Source of the DNA: Turneriella sp.
GTDB taxonomy: Bacteria; Spirochaetota; Leptospiria; Turneriellales; Turneriellaceae
Assembly (NCBI GenBank): GCA_965279515.1
Contig: CBDIID010000003.1
Coordinates: 384,001 to 448,000 of the forward strand
Length of the DNA: 64,000 nt
Direction: 5' to 3'
Shown here: positions 32,565-43,113 of the stretch, piece after piece
How positions within the stretch are numbered: the first letter of the stretch is position 1
Layout: each line of letters starts with the position of its first letter
Made by a program: the position numbers and the translations under genes
The notes under the pieces: generated by a model
Told to the model about the DNA's origin: nothing
Database searches by the model: none
The model's input: only the letters and a program-made list of their open reading frames with translations

Positions 32565-32632
32565 GTGTTCGCTCCCGGACGATCTGGCTATCCGCAATAG
32601 GATTTATAGCGTTTTTGGATTCCGCATCCGGT

Positions 32633-35600
32633 TTAGCGCTTATCCCCGTAACCGAATACGCGCCTTGCTTCTTCCGTAGCCAAATCCAGCCCCTTTATCA
32701 GCTCACTGCGTAACGTTGCCGGGTCTTCAAATACCCAGTCCAGGACCCCTGTCGACTTCGCATCCGCCCCGGCAGCTGCTTTCTCGTTGTAACTGCGAAT
32801 ATACTCGTTCCTGAAGTTTTCTGCAATTTCTTTGTCGCCAGCCAGCAGCTCGCGGTATCTTCCCTGCTCAAACAGATCGAAGGCAGATTGGGCGCCCATG
32901 ACGGCCATGACAGCGCGCCGCAAGGCGATATAGATGATTCCAGGCCGCAAATACTTGCTAAACGCATGAATCTGCCTGCCGCCAAAATTCTGGTTAAGCA
33001 CAACGGACACAACCGGCACGTCCCCCCGGATATTCGTATCCAGCGACAACCCGCCGATTTGCTGAATCCTTGCCCCTTCCTGCTTCTTTCCGGGGACAAA
33101 TCCCGGAGCATTGGAAAGCATGATGATCGGCATTGCATTCTGATTCATGAGTTCGGTAAAAATCCTGAATTTCTCCGTGCCGGCAGCATCCGGAGCTCCG
33201 CCGATAATTGCGGGCTGATCAGCGATGACTCCGACTGTGCGGCCCGCGATACGCGCGAGCCCTGTGAGTAAAGCCGGCCCTGCCACGCGGTCGTTCATGT
33301 TCGCAAAAAATTCGACAAAACTCCCTTTATCGAAAACGGGTTCGAGGACGGCCGTCATCATATCGTAGGGTTCCGCCGGATTTTCCGGAATCATGACCGC
33401 ACCTTCGCCGGAAACGCTGGCGGCTTCACGGGACTTCAGCAAATCCATAATGCGCTCTGCGAGGGCAAAACCTTCCCCGAGTGACGGCACCACATGGGTC
33501 GCGGATTTATTGATGTAACTCCTGGTTTCGTCGCTCATGCCATCAGGTGCGACAACGATCACTGCATCAGCATTCGCTGTCAATCCTGCCTCGTCCAGCC
33601 CATGCGGGTGCGTCAGAATATGTATCCGTACTCCGGATTTTTTCTGCAATAACCGCATGAAATCCAGGCGCGCGCGCAGTACGATACTGTCTTCACTGTT
33701 CATTTCCTGGAACCATCGGGCACCACTCAGGAAAATCTGACTGGCCCCTGTTTTTCGTGCGGTTCGCAGCAGTTCGCACGACTTCGTTACCGCCGACGGC
33801 GATCGGATACCAAAATCGTCTCTCGGCCCCATCAGCAAAATCTTACGCCCGCCGAGTCTTGCAAATCCCCCGACCAGCGAAAATGAGCGGTGGTATTTTT
33901 CCTTAAATTCAAGAAATTCGCCCCGATCAACGAAATCCGGAATATGGACGCCGCAGATTTGCACCGCTGGTTGTGTATCTGGGGGAATTTTATTCATGTT
34001 CTTACCGGGTGTATCCGGTGCGAATATTTCGTGAATCTGGCGGATGACACTCAGCATATGAAGGTTACTCTCTGCGACGATATCGACGGTGCCCGTATAG
34101 AAGCCCATGATCCGGGCTCCTCCCAGATCATAATTTGAAACCTTTTCACCTGTCACCGACTGGATGACCTTGGCCCCCGTCAGTACCCTGTACGACTCGG
34201 GAGAATCCACCATGCACTGAATCGCCGCCTGGCTTGAGCCATATACATCCAATCCCGTCGATGAACCGACCCCGATCGCGACAATAAAAGAGCCTGTTTC
34301 GACCCGGCTGCGATCCAGGGAAAACAACTGATCTAACTCAGCAATCAGTGCGCGAAAGCTGCTATCCGCATGCGCATCGACGCGATTAAAAAAATCGCCA
34401 ACACTTGTCTCTGCGTTGACCAGGGAGTTCAGCATGAACCCCTCCCCGGCCCTGTTCAGCGAGATGACGCCCTCCCGGATATTTGCACCGGCACCGTCAT
34501 TAAAGACATAAAGCGGGACGGATGACATAAAAGCAAGGTAGCAGGCAGCAATGTATTTGAGCCCTTCAAGGTTACCCGTGGCGCCGCCGTTGATGCGCGA
34601 ATCCTTGACGTACAGAAATGCTCTTCTGCCTGAAATAGTGCCGTCAAAAAGACGGCTTCCGACAGGAATTTTTCCGGCTTTCCCTGTTTTGGGATTTTTC
34701 GCCCGTACGTCATCGACGGACGGGATAAATACTTCGCGCATAGTCGTGTGATCGAGGCACTGGCTGGCCCAGAATTCAGCAGGCCATTTGTTACGGGCGT
34801 AGAGCGCCTGACTGGCCGTGTTCGCAGATTCTTCCGAATATGGATACGCCGGATCCTGTTCAGAGAGGAGCGTTAGGTCAACCCCATCCTGGGCGGGGGC
34901 AATGAGCAGGTGCACAACGCCTTCTTCGTTATCGGGCTTTGAAAGATATTTTAAACTAACAATGTTCTTTGCCAACCCATCATCGACAAAAAACGGCACG
35001 ACGCGGTCGACGACACGGCGTATGGTTTCAAGGTTTGGGATTCTGGGATCACGGCCTGTGATTTCCATTTCGATGGCCTTTCCGGTAGCGATGATCTCGA
35101 TCCAGCTGAGCTGGCGTCTCTCCACAGACTGGTAAGCGAGGAAAAGTTTCGCGGCGTCAAAGTTTGTGCGCTCCATATTATCACTGCCGATAGCTCTGCC
35201 ATGCAGATCAGCAACAATTGCAACCTCATCCATCAGCGCAACGCAGAGATAATGTTTCTCGCTTGTATTTTGGATGCTTTGCAGCCCAAAGATCAGGATT
35301 TGGGAATAAGGGGAAAAACAGCGGATTATATTGAATTTTTTGGCCAGCTTCTGTTGACGCTCCCGCAATACTTTCTGAGCCCAGGGCGGGATCTCCTGCG
35401 GGATAAGAGCAAACCGGGATTCGCAGAGCGACGCCGTGATCTCGCGTAACAAATTAATGCGGTCGATCCCCGGAAAAACGGAAAGCGGGTCTTTCACCAT
35501 ATCCCGGTATTCGCGGATATATTGCCTCGGCACAGCGCGTCGCGATCTCGGCTCGTGGGGTGAAATACCCCAATCCTGAAAGGTCTGAAGAGCGAGGTCG

Positions 35601-38476
35601 GCCAGGGAATCATCGCGCTCGACTTCTTCCTGCCTGATGAGGCGACGCAGGATGCGGATCGTGCGTTTAGAAGGTTTTGTCAACAGGCTTAATAACTTAA
35701 CAACGATGCGTACCAGTGGTTGAAAGTTCTGACTCGCATAGTATGCCCTAAGAACCTTAATCAGGATGATTTCAGTGCGGCTGTGATTGATGCCGGATGC
35801 AGGTAACCAGTTCGCTACACCATATGGCCGCAAGAGGCTATCCATGGTGGTTTTGAATGCGGGGGATGGATGGTAAGGGGTGCTTACGCCCTGCTCCCTG
35901 GATATGGAATATGCGAACAATTCACGCAGATCGCGGAAGATCCCCGACGGTTCAGTTTCGCTTGGAGAAAAGACTGCTTTGATATTACAATACTGCGAAA
36001 CAATATCTGCCAGTTTATGCTCGGGAAGAGAAGTTGTATCCAACTTCAGCCGGGAATCCGCGAGATTTGCGAGCGCGACCGAAATTTTACCGATGAGCCT
36101 TTCATTGCCCAGCAGGCCGCGAAAGACGGACGCTACGATTTGCAAAAGGACGGGTAAGTGTGCTTCAGGGTTATCCTGAACCAGGTGTGTGAAGCGCTCT
36201 TCCAGGAGATTCTCCATCGTGCCATCACCCACGACTCTTGGGACATGGTCTTTTGACGCCGCATTGGGTGATTCGGCGAGCGCTTCTTCCGGGTTGATAT
36301 GGACCAATACCTCACCCTCGTCGATTTTTTTGCCGAATATCTGTCCCGAAGAAGAGATCCCTAACTGCAGTTTGGATAAATCTCCGTCTTCTAGTAAGTA
36401 AGTTATTTTGCCGCCGATAGGTGCCGTCAGCGTCGCTTCCATTTTCATCGCGGAGAGGATAAGCAGAGGTTGATCTTTACTGACAAGACTACCGATACGA
36501 AGCGGCTCCCCGAGCGAGTCCTTGTCTGCGCAGAATTTCACGAAGCTACCATGAAAAGGCGCGCGCATCAATCCTAACGGATCAGAACGTTCTTTTCCGT
36601 CCTGTGCATGCAGCCTCAAACGGTGGTAATTGACCTTCCCGTCGGCATCGGGAAAGCGCAGCATCATGTACGTGGGGCGCAAATCCAGGCGAACGTGATA
36701 GGAGCGCGATTCAAAACGGATAAAATAATCATCGGAAGCCGGGATGCGCGAGAGAACTTCAATGTCGCCGTAATACGTATTATTGGCAAAGACACGGACG
36801 TTATCGAGCGTCATCGGCAACAAATGTAAATGGAATTGCAGCTTCCCCGCTTCGGCGACGTACTCCTCAGGCGGCGGATTAAACTCTCCCGAATGCAAAA
36901 TGCCCTCGATATCCCGGGCCAAAAGGACGCTCCGGGCCAATTCACTGTTTTTCTTCAGATTGACGGCTACCGACGCAAACACAGCCGCCTGTAATGCGCT
37001 GGCATCAGAAACACCATACTCTGTAAGCTCTGGATGATCACTCAGCAAATTATTCGTGTAATTAATTTCCTGGAAAAAAGGTGAGCGCAGGATATTCAGT
37101 AATTGCTGGGTATTCGTCGTGACGCCTTTGACGTAAAATTCGCTGAGCGCGCGCTCGAGCCGGATAAGTGCTTCGGTGCGGGTTGCCCCCTTTGCAATGA
37201 TCTTGCCGAGCATCGGATCGAAATCCGGCAGAATACTGTCGCCTTTGCTGAAACCAAAATCGCAGCGGATCGCATTAAATGTGGGTAAATTCAGTTCGAG
37301 GAGAGTACCAGAAACAGGATGATAATTATTTTCAGGATCTTCTGCATAGATGCGTGCTTCAATTGCATGGCTTTTATCGGTAAACCGCTGGCGCAATGCA
37401 TGTTCAAAAGGGATCTCGTCCGTTTTTCCGTCAAATTGCAGAATTTGCCACTTCGCGAGATCGATCCCCAGCGATTGATCTGTCACAGGGTGTTCCACTT
37501 GCAGGCGCGTATTCATTTCGAGAAAGCCCAAAGTATTCGAAACCTGATCATATAGGAACTCGACAGTTCCAGCGCCTGCACCGGCGCCGTAACCGGAAAC
37601 TTGCGCCATTTTTTCCGCAGCAGCGATAATGGAGAGATTCATCTGCGGTGAAAGAAAGATGTCGCCACTTTCCTCGATAATTTTCTGGTTTCGCCGCTGC
37701 ACTGCACATTTCCGGATGCCGATCGCCATACCGTTGAAAATCTGCACCTCCATGTGCACGGCCCTGATGATATACCGTTCCAGGTAAAAAATATCGTCGC
37801 CGTTGATTTGCCGGCCCACGCGCTGACAGGTATCTATCGCAGATGCAAGGCCTGCGCGGCTAAAGACGGGTTCCATGCCCTTGCCTCCGCCCCCGGCGTT
37901 TAACTTGACGATTACCGGATAGCCGATCTTTTCCGCGGCGGCCACCGCTTGCTCAGCATTTTTCAAAGCGCTGCTGCTTTGGAACAAAGGGATGCCATGT
38001 TTCCCGGCCAGCTCTCTCGCATTGAGCTTGTTCCCCACACCTTTCATAATTTGGGCCGAGGGCCCCATGAAAATAACTTCCTGTCCGGTTTTTTTCACAT
38101 ATGCATCGAGCGCATCGACGAAGGCATGATTTTCCGAAAGAAAACCGTATCCCGGAAAGATGGCATTGGCCCTAACCAAGGCGGCAGCAGCGATCACCGT
38201 CGCGATATCCATATAGTTCATGGCGTCGCCGATAAAGAGCGCTTCATCCGCCATCGCATACCAGGATTGCCCAAGATCAGGGTTGGTGACGATTGCGACG
38301 CTCGGAATACCAGCTTCTTTCAGCGAATGGAAAAAACGCTTCGCAATCTCGCCCCGATTAGCGACCAGAACTTTCTGCAGGCGGCCCGCACGTTTATCCG
38401 GCTCTTTAGCCAGATAACGCGGATTGAGTTCATGCAGATAACGGATCGGCGCTTCGAGCAAATCTAAATCGGGCAT
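32633..38476 (-). CDS. Single-chain biotin-dependent acyl-CoA carboxylase (BC - BCCP - central region - CT), 1947 aa
   Basis: BC: VLVANRGEIA, PGYGFLSEN, GGGGKGM, QRRNQK, EMNTRLQVEHPVT; biotin AMKM; CT: GGA, DGAGANIREG, LGGA, GLARIAGRTVGVIADQ, APGF. Confidence 0.9.
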   Translation of the reverse strand: MPDLDLLEAPIRYLHELNPRYLAKEPDKRAGRLQKVLVANRGEIAKRFFHSLKEAGIPSVAIVTNPDLGQSWYAMADEALFIGDAMNYMDIATVIAAAALVRANAIFPGYGFLSENHAFVDALDAYVKKTGQEVIFMGPSAQIMKGVGNKLNARELAGKHGIPLFQSSSALKNAEQAVAAAEKIGYPVIVKLNAGGGGKGMEPVFSRAGLASAIDTCQRVGRQINGDDIFYLERYIIRAVHMEVQIFNGMAIGIRKCAVQRRNQKIIEESGDIFLSPQMNLSIIAAAEKMAQVSGYGAGAGAGTVEFLYDQVSNTLGFLEMNTRLQVEHPVTDQSLGIDLAKWQILQFDGKTDEIPFEHALRQRFTDKSHAIEARIYAEDPENNYHPVSGTLLELNLPTFNAIRCDFGFSKGDSILPDFDPMLGKIIAKGATRTEALIRLERALSEFYVKGVTTNTQQLLNILRSPFFQEINYTNNLLSDHPELTEYGVSDASALQAAVFASVAVNLKKNSELARSVLLARDIEGILHSGEFNPPPEEYVAEAGKLQFHLHLLPMTLDNVRVFANNTYYGDIEVLSRIPASDDYFIRFESRSYHVRLDLRPTYMMLRFPDADGKVNYHRLRLHAQDGKERSDPLGLMRAPFHGSFVKFCADKDSLGEPLRIGSLVSKDQPLLILSAMKMEATLTAPIGGKITYLLEDGDLSKLQLGISSSGQIFGKKIDEGEVLVHINPEEALAESPNAASKDHVPRVVGDGTMENLLEERFTHLVQDNPEAHLPVLLQIVASVFRGLLGNERLIGKISVALANLADSRLKLDTTSLPEHKLADIVSQYCNIKAVFSPSETEPSGIFRDLRELFAYSISREQGVSTPYHPSPAFKTTMDSLLRPYGVANWLPASGINHSRTEIILIKVLRAYYASQNFQPLVRIVVKLLSLLTKPSKRTIRILRRLIRQEEVERDDSLADLALQTFQDWGISPHEPRSRRAVPRQYIREYRDMVKDPLSVFPGIDRINLLREITASLCESRFALIPQEIPPWAQKVLRERQQKLAKKFNIIRCFSPYSQILIFGLQSIQNTSEKHYLCVALMDEVAIVADLHGRAIGSDNMERTNFDAAKLFLAYQSVERRQLSWIEIIATGKAIEMEITGRDPRIPNLETIRRVVDRVVPFFVDDGLAKNIVSLKYLSKPDNEEGVVHLLIAPAQDGVDLTLLSEQDPAYPYSEESANTASQALYARNKWPAEFWASQCLDHTTMREVFIPSVDDVRAKNPKTGKAGKIPVGSRLFDGTISGRRAFLYVKDSRINGGATGNLEGLKYIAACYLAFMSSVPLYVFNDGAGANIREGVISLNRAGEGFMLNSLVNAETSVGDFFNRVDAHADSSFRALIAELDQLFSLDRSRVETGSFIVAIGVGSSTGLDVYGSSQAAIQCMVDSPESYRVLTGAKVIQSVTGEKVSNYDLGGARIMGFYTGTVDIVAESNLHMLSVIRQIHEIFAPDTPGKNMNKIPPDTQPAVQICGVHIPDFVDRGEFLEFKEKYHRSFSLVGGFARLGGRKILLMGPRDDFGIRSPSAVTKSCELLRTARKTGASQIFLSGARWFQEMNSEDSIVLRARLDFMRLLQKKSGVRIHILTHPHGLDEAGLTANADAVIVVAPDGMSDETRSYINKSATHVVPSLGEGFALAERIMDLLKSREAASVSGEGAVMIPENPAEPYDMMTAVLEPVFDKGSFVEFFANMNDRVAGPALLTGLARIAGRTVGVIADQPAIIGGAPDAAGTEKFRIFTELMNQNAMPIIMLSNAPGFVPGKKQEGARIQQIGGLSLDTNIRGDVPVVSVVLNQNFGGRQIHAFSKYLRPGIIYIALRRAVMAVMGAQSAFDLFEQGRYRELLAGDKEIAENFRNEYIRSYNEKAAAGADAKSTGVLDWVFEDPATLRSELIKGLDLATEEARRVFGYGDKR

Positions 38477-38558
38477 AACACTGATGCAGCTGTCTTACTT
38501 TTAGATACCGAGTAAATAGGTTAACGCCGCGGCACCTAATGCACGCGTCGATGGACGA

Positions 38559-39365
38559 TTATCGCTGCGCCGGGGTAGTTAGTTTTCCGGGATCAAAATG
38601 TACCAGTTCATGCCCTTGTTGCCGTAAATAAGTTACGATTTCGGTTAAATGCTGATACGTCTTTGGCATAATGTCGTGGAATATAAGCACGACAGGTTCA
38701 CCGGCAGGAATTTTGGGGTCCGCAAATATCTGGGTAATCCTTGTCTTAATGTCCTCTATGGAATTCAGCGGCGAGGCATCCCCCACCGTATATCCGGTTA
38801 CTACCTGGTAGCCTAAAAGTTTGGAGCTCGCTGTAACGCCTTCATTCTTAATCAAATGGGGCGGACGAAACAACTTTGGCTTTGGCAACGGCGCGCCTGC
38901 ATGGCTGGCATGCGTTTCCCAGTCGCGAATTTCCTCATGAATCGCCGTATGAGACCAAAACCAGGGCCAGCGCAGCCATGCATGGTGCGCAGTATGGTTA
39001 CCCACAAAATGCCCTTCGGCGAGCACGCGTTTCACCAAATCGGGATATTCCAGCATGCTTCCTTTGTTTGTCCAGATTTCATATGGGGCAAAATACCTCC
39101 GCGCAGCAAGCGCGTCTTTGGGAGCATCGCCGATCATGAAAAAAGCTGCTTTAACCCTCGTACCATCTGCTGTCTTCATCTTTTTCACAGCATCGAGAAC
39201 CAGGTCTGTCTTGCCGGGAACCGGGCCATCATCAAAGGTCAACATGAACATACGGGAATGTCCACGGATCGGTAGCGGTGAATTTGCAGACGCCTGTTGA
39301 GTGGGTATCGGCAATGGATACCATAGCAGAGATAAAAAACCAACCAGCAAAAAATTAACGCGCAA
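38559..39365 (-). CDS. Polysaccharide deacetylase (NodB/CE4), secreted
   Basis: LTFDDGP, NHTAHH, FRPP, LIFHD. Confidence 0.88.
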   Translation of the reverse strand: MRVNFLLVGFLSLLWYPLPIPTQQASANSPLPIRGHSRMFMLTFDDGPVPGKTDLVLDAVKKMKTADGTRVKAAFFMIGDAPKDALAARRYFAPYEIWTNKGSMLEYPDLVKRVLAEGHFVGNHTAHHAWLRWPWFWSHTAIHEEIRDWETHASHAGAPLPKPKLFRPPHLIKNEGVTASSKLLGYQVVTGYTVGDASPLNSIEDIKTRITQIFADPKIPAGEPVVLIFHDIMPKTYQHLTEIVTYLRQQGHELVHFDPGKLTTPAQR

Positions 39366-39513
39366 TGGAGCTACTCAGGTTAGGGATTCGGGCAGATATC
39401 TCACAAGGATTTCTCGCGTTGCTTTGCAAAGAGCGCTTTGAGCGCTCAAGAATCACCGCGTCAAGTAATTGTCTTGATTTTTTATTGCCAGCTTATAAGT
39501 ATCCTGGAAAGCA

Positions 39514-40467
39514 ATGGAGTTTTTGAAAAATAATATGAAGAGTGTTCACAATCTGGTCTTTCCCGGCCAAGGATCGCAGCGCCCCGGTATGGGTGCAGAT
39601 TTTTTTGAAAATTTTCCCGGGGCAAAAGCCGTTTTCGAACGCGCCTCAGCAGCGCTTGGGGAAGACCTTGGCGCGATATGTTTCAGTGAAAATGAGAAGC
39701 TCGATCTCACCGAGTATACACAGCCCTGCATCCTGACATGTTCGATAGCCATGCTCGAAACTTTACGAAACGAACTGCCATTAGAAGCGGCGTTTTTTGC
39801 CGGGCACAGTTTGGGCGAATACACCGCACTGGTCGCAGCTGGCGTATTTCAGCTCGAGGATGCCGTTAAAATTGTCCGAAAACGGGGCGCCCTGATGCAG
39901 CGGGCCGTACCGGCTGGCGAGGGAGCTATGGCAGCGCTGATCGCTGAAGACCTGCAAAATCTACCGTACCAGGAACTGGTACTCGCAAGCGGGGCTGAAA
40001 TAGCGAATGTTAATTCTGCCGAGCAGACGGTGATTAGCGGGCAAAAGGTAAATGTCGAGAAAGCGGTGGCGGCACTCGAAGAAAAACTGCCCCAAATTCA
40101 GGTGATTTTCCTGAATGTCAGTGCCCCCTTCCATTCCAGCCTCATGAAGCCAGCCGAATCCGAATTCCGCGAATACATCACGGGCTTTTCACCTTCTATC
40201 AATTTTACGCCTGCCGGCCGCGTCGCTTCCAATGTTTCCGGAACCCTGCACAATGAAAGTACCTTGATCGATAATTTGGTAGCACAGATCGGTGCTCCGG
40301 TGCATTGGCTGGAAAACATGAGACTACTCATTGAAACAAAAAATCCGATCCTGGAAATCGGCCCGAATAAAACTCTCAGCAGATTTTTCGGTGCCGAAGG
40401 CGTTAAAATAAAATCCGTCACGAATTTGCGATCGATGCAGGCGTTCTGCGCCCCCGAGACGGTTTGA
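39514..40467 (+). CDS. fabD: Malonyl-CoA:ACP transacylase
   Basis: FPGQGSQ, TQP, GHSLGE, VSAPFHS, EIGP. Confidence 0.93.
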   Translation: MEFLKNNMKSVHNLVFPGQGSQRPGMGADFFENFPGAKAVFERASAALGEDLGAICFSENEKLDLTEYTQPCILTCSIAMLETLRNELPLEAAFFAGHSLGEYTALVAAGVFQLEDAVKIVRKRGALMQRAVPAGEGAMAALIAEDLQNLPYQELVLASGAEIANVNSAEQTVISGQKVNVEKAVAALEEKLPQIQVIFLNVSAPFHSSLMKPAESEFREYITGFSPSINFTPAGRVASNVSGTLHNESTLIDNLVAQIGAPVHWLENMRLLIETKNPILEIGPNKTLSRFFGAEGVKIKSVTNLRSMQAFCAPETV

Positions 40468-41171
40468 CCAAACCTGGGGACATCCGCCTTATTCCTGTCA
40501 AACTCTGGCAAGAGACGCGACTATTACGCTCTGCCATGGCGATATGCACGGTTGTGAAAAATCCTGAAGCGGGTTTGCTCAGGAGCCATGAAGAGCGGCA
40601 ACTCTTTGCGGACTTTAAAACTCCTAAGCGCAGGCAGGAATTCCTCGCCGGCCGGCAAGCGGCATACCAGGCGATTGCACAACTACTGCCCGCAGGGAGT
40701 TCATTGCCTGCGGTAATACCAGGGATTATGGGACAACCAACACTTGTCGGGTCAGAAAATCTCGAACTTAGTATTACCCATACATTTCCCTGCGCTATCG
40801 CTTTTGCCTGCGAACCGGGATTTCCGCTTACCATTGACCTGGAACGCACCGACGGTAGCCGTCAAGCCGCATTGGCCGAGGTACTCACTGACTCCGAGAA
40901 GTCACTTTTCCCTGAACACGCCATTGCATTTAGTGCAAAGGAAGCCATGGGGAAATTTTTGCGCTGTGGTTTTCAGGCCAGCTGGCAGATCTTTGAAATT
41001 TCAGGTTGTACGAAAATTGACGAAGGATACGAAATTACTTTTGCACATTTTTCAGGGATTCGCGTGATCTCCCATCGCATCGGCAACTTTGTTCTCAGCC
41101 TCGCCCTCCCGGGCGAAATGAACGTCAATACGGATCTTCAACTCTTAGCTCAAACGCTTGAAAATCAGTGA
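40464..41171 (+). CDS. Sfp-type 4'-phosphopantetheinyl transferase (start uncertain)
   Basis: RRQEFLAGR, GQP, SITHT, IDLE, FSAKEA. Confidence 0.8.
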   Translation: MTKPGDIRLIPVKLWQETRLLRSAMAICTVVKNPEAGLLRSHEERQLFADFKTPKRRQEFLAGRQAAYQAIAQLLPAGSSLPAVIPGIMGQPTLVGSENLELSITHTFPCAIAFACEPGFPLTIDLERTDGSRQAALAEVLTDSEKSLFPEHAIAFSAKEAMGKFLRCGFQASWQIFEISGCTKIDEGYEITFAHFSGIRVISHRIGNFVLSLALPGEMNVNTDLQLLAQTLENQ

Positions 41172-42371
41172 GGTATTGATGCCGCCGAAGGCGAAGTTGT
41201 TGCTCATCGTATACCCACTCTGTATCTTTCTCGCCGCACCGGCAATATAGTCTAATTCCGCGCATTCCGGATCCACCTCGGTGAGATTTAAGGTGGGAGC
41301 ATACCAGTCGGAATTCATCATCTGCACGGTGGCCCAGGCTTCGATGGCTCCGCAGGCACCGAGGGTATGCCCGAGGTAACTTTTCAGCGAACTCACCGGA
41401 ATGCGCTTGCCGAAAACTTTTTCCGTGGCACGGCTTTCAACGATGTCACCCACCGTGGTTGCAGTCGCATGGGCATTAACGTAACCGATGGCCGAGGGAT
41501 CAAGACCGGCTTCTGCCAGGCTGCGGCGCATGACCAATTCAATCGTTTCCTGATTCGGCTGCGTCACATGTTTACCGTCTGAATTCGTCGCGAAACTGAC
41601 GAGCTCGGCATAGATTCTCGCGCCCCTGGCTTTGGCATGCTCATATTCTTCGAGCACCAATGTCCCGGCGCCTTCGCCGATCACAAGGCCATCGCGGTTT
41701 TTATCAAAAGGCCGTGGCGTCGTCGCTGGTGCGTCATTCCGCGTGCTCGTCGCAAACAAAACATCAAACACGGCGGCTTCGGTCGCGCATAATTCTTCAG
41801 CACCGCCCGCAACCATGAGATCCTGGAGACCAAACTTAATCGCTTCATACGCGTAACCTATGCCCTGGCTGCCGGATGTGCAGGCACTGCACGTCGGTAT
41901 CACCCGGCCTTTTAACTGGAAAAACAATCCGATGTTGGCTGCTGCTGTGTGACTCATCATTTGGATGTAAGATGTGCCATTGATCATAGACATGTCCGAG
42001 TCCATCCGCATTTTTGCGAAAGCGCCTATCGCATCTGTGCTGCCGGTAGACGAACCGTAGGAGACCCCCATGCGGCCGTCCTTAATCGATTCATCGTTCA
42101 GAAGATCAGCATCCCTTAAGGCTTTTTCTGTCGCAGCGGTGGCCAGGAGCGCAACCCGGCCCATGCCCCGCGTTTTTTTTCGTTCGAAGGATTCCGGCGC
42201 TTCAAAATCCAGAACCGGGCCACCGAGGCGGGTATTGAGTTTGTCATAACGATCCCACTCGTCCATGCGGACCACACCATTTTTACCGCGTTCCATGTTT
42301 GCCCGAAATGTTGGCCAATCGTGACCAATCGAAGTAATGGCTCCAAAGCCTGTGATGACAACGCGCCGCAT
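41145..42371 (-). CDS. Beta-ketoacyl-ACP synthase (ApeR-like)
   Basis: RRVVITG, SACTSG, PRPFD..RDGLVIGEG, NAHAT, GHTLGA, NNFAFGG. Confidence 0.92.
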   Translation of the reverse strand: MRRVVITGFGAITSIGHDWPTFRANMERGKNGVVRMDEWDRYDKLNTRLGGPVLDFEAPESFERKKTRGMGRVALLATAATEKALRDADLLNDESIKDGRMGVSYGSSTGSTDAIGAFAKMRMDSDMSMINGTSYIQMMSHTAAANIGLFFQLKGRVIPTCSACTSGSQGIGYAYEAIKFGLQDLMVAGGAEELCATEAAVFDVLFATSTRNDAPATTPRPFDKNRDGLVIGEGAGTLVLEEYEHAKARGARIYAELVSFATNSDGKHVTQPNQETIELVMRRSLAEAGLDPSAIGYVNAHATATTVGDIVESRATEKVFGKRIPVSSLKSYLGHTLGACGAIEAWATVQMMNSDWYAPTLNLTEVDPECAELDYIAGAARKIQSGYTMSNNFAFGGINTSLIFKRLS

Positions 42372-42372
42372 G

Positions 42373-43113
42373 TTAGACCATGCCTCCATTCACCGAAATG
42401 ACCTGGCGGGTGACATACCCTGCCATGTCTGAAAATAAAAAGCTGACAAGTGCCGCAACCTCTTCGGCTTTACCGAATCGCCTCAGCGGTATCAATCCCT
42501 TGATCTCAGACCGGATAGTTTCATCGTTTAGCATCTCTTTGGTCATTTCGGTTTCGATAACTCCCGGGGCAACACAGTTAACGGTGATATTGCGCTTGGC
42601 GAGTTCAATCGCCAGTGACTTCGTCGCGGCAATGATACCTGCTTTGGCCGCACTGTAATTCGTCTGCCCCCGGTTACCCGTAAGCCCCGAAATAGAAGAG
42701 AGCGTCACAATACGGCCGCCGAATTTTCCATGGATCATGGGCATGATCAGGGGATGCAGGACGTTAAAAAAACCGTCGAGATTCGTACGCATAACCTCAT
42801 CCCATTCTTCCCCCGACATTGCCGGAAAAGCATTGTCCCGGGTTATGCCCGCATTACAGACAACGCCATAATAAGGCCCTGAAGATTCAACCCGTGCCTC
42901 GAGAATCTGTCTGCATGTTTCCCGATCGGAAATATCAAATGACAAAGTGTTGGCCTGGCCACCTGCACCGCGGATCTCGGCGGCAGTTTGTTCGGCCATC
43001 GCCGCATTCTTGTGATAGTGTACCGTGATTTCAAAATTATCTTTACCCAACTGCAGTGCGATCTGCCTGCCAATACCGCGACTGGCCCCCGTTACTAATA
43101 CCTTTCTGTTCAT
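42373..43113 (-). CDS. 3-oxoacyl-ACP reductase (ApeQ/FabG-like)
   Basis: VTGASRGIG, NAGI..DNAFPAM, YSAAK, VAPG. Confidence 0.92.
   Translation of the reverse strand: MNRKVLVTGASRGIGRQIALQLGKDNFEITVHYHKNAAMAEQTAAEIRGAGGQANTLSFDISDRETCRQILEARVESSGPYYGVVCNAGITRDNAFPAMSGEEWDEVMRTNLDGFFNVLHPLIMPMIHGKFGGRIVTLSSISGLTGNRGQTNYSAAKAGIIAATKSLAIELAKRNITVNCVAPGVIETEMTKEMLNDETIRSEIKGLIPLRRFGKAEEVAALVSFLFSDMAGYVTRQVISVNGGMV

Noticed and set aside
32565..32632. Attachment-site direct repeats at the borders of the carboxylase/APE block
   Set aside because: No match found by eye with 58723-58762; no tRNA or recombinase
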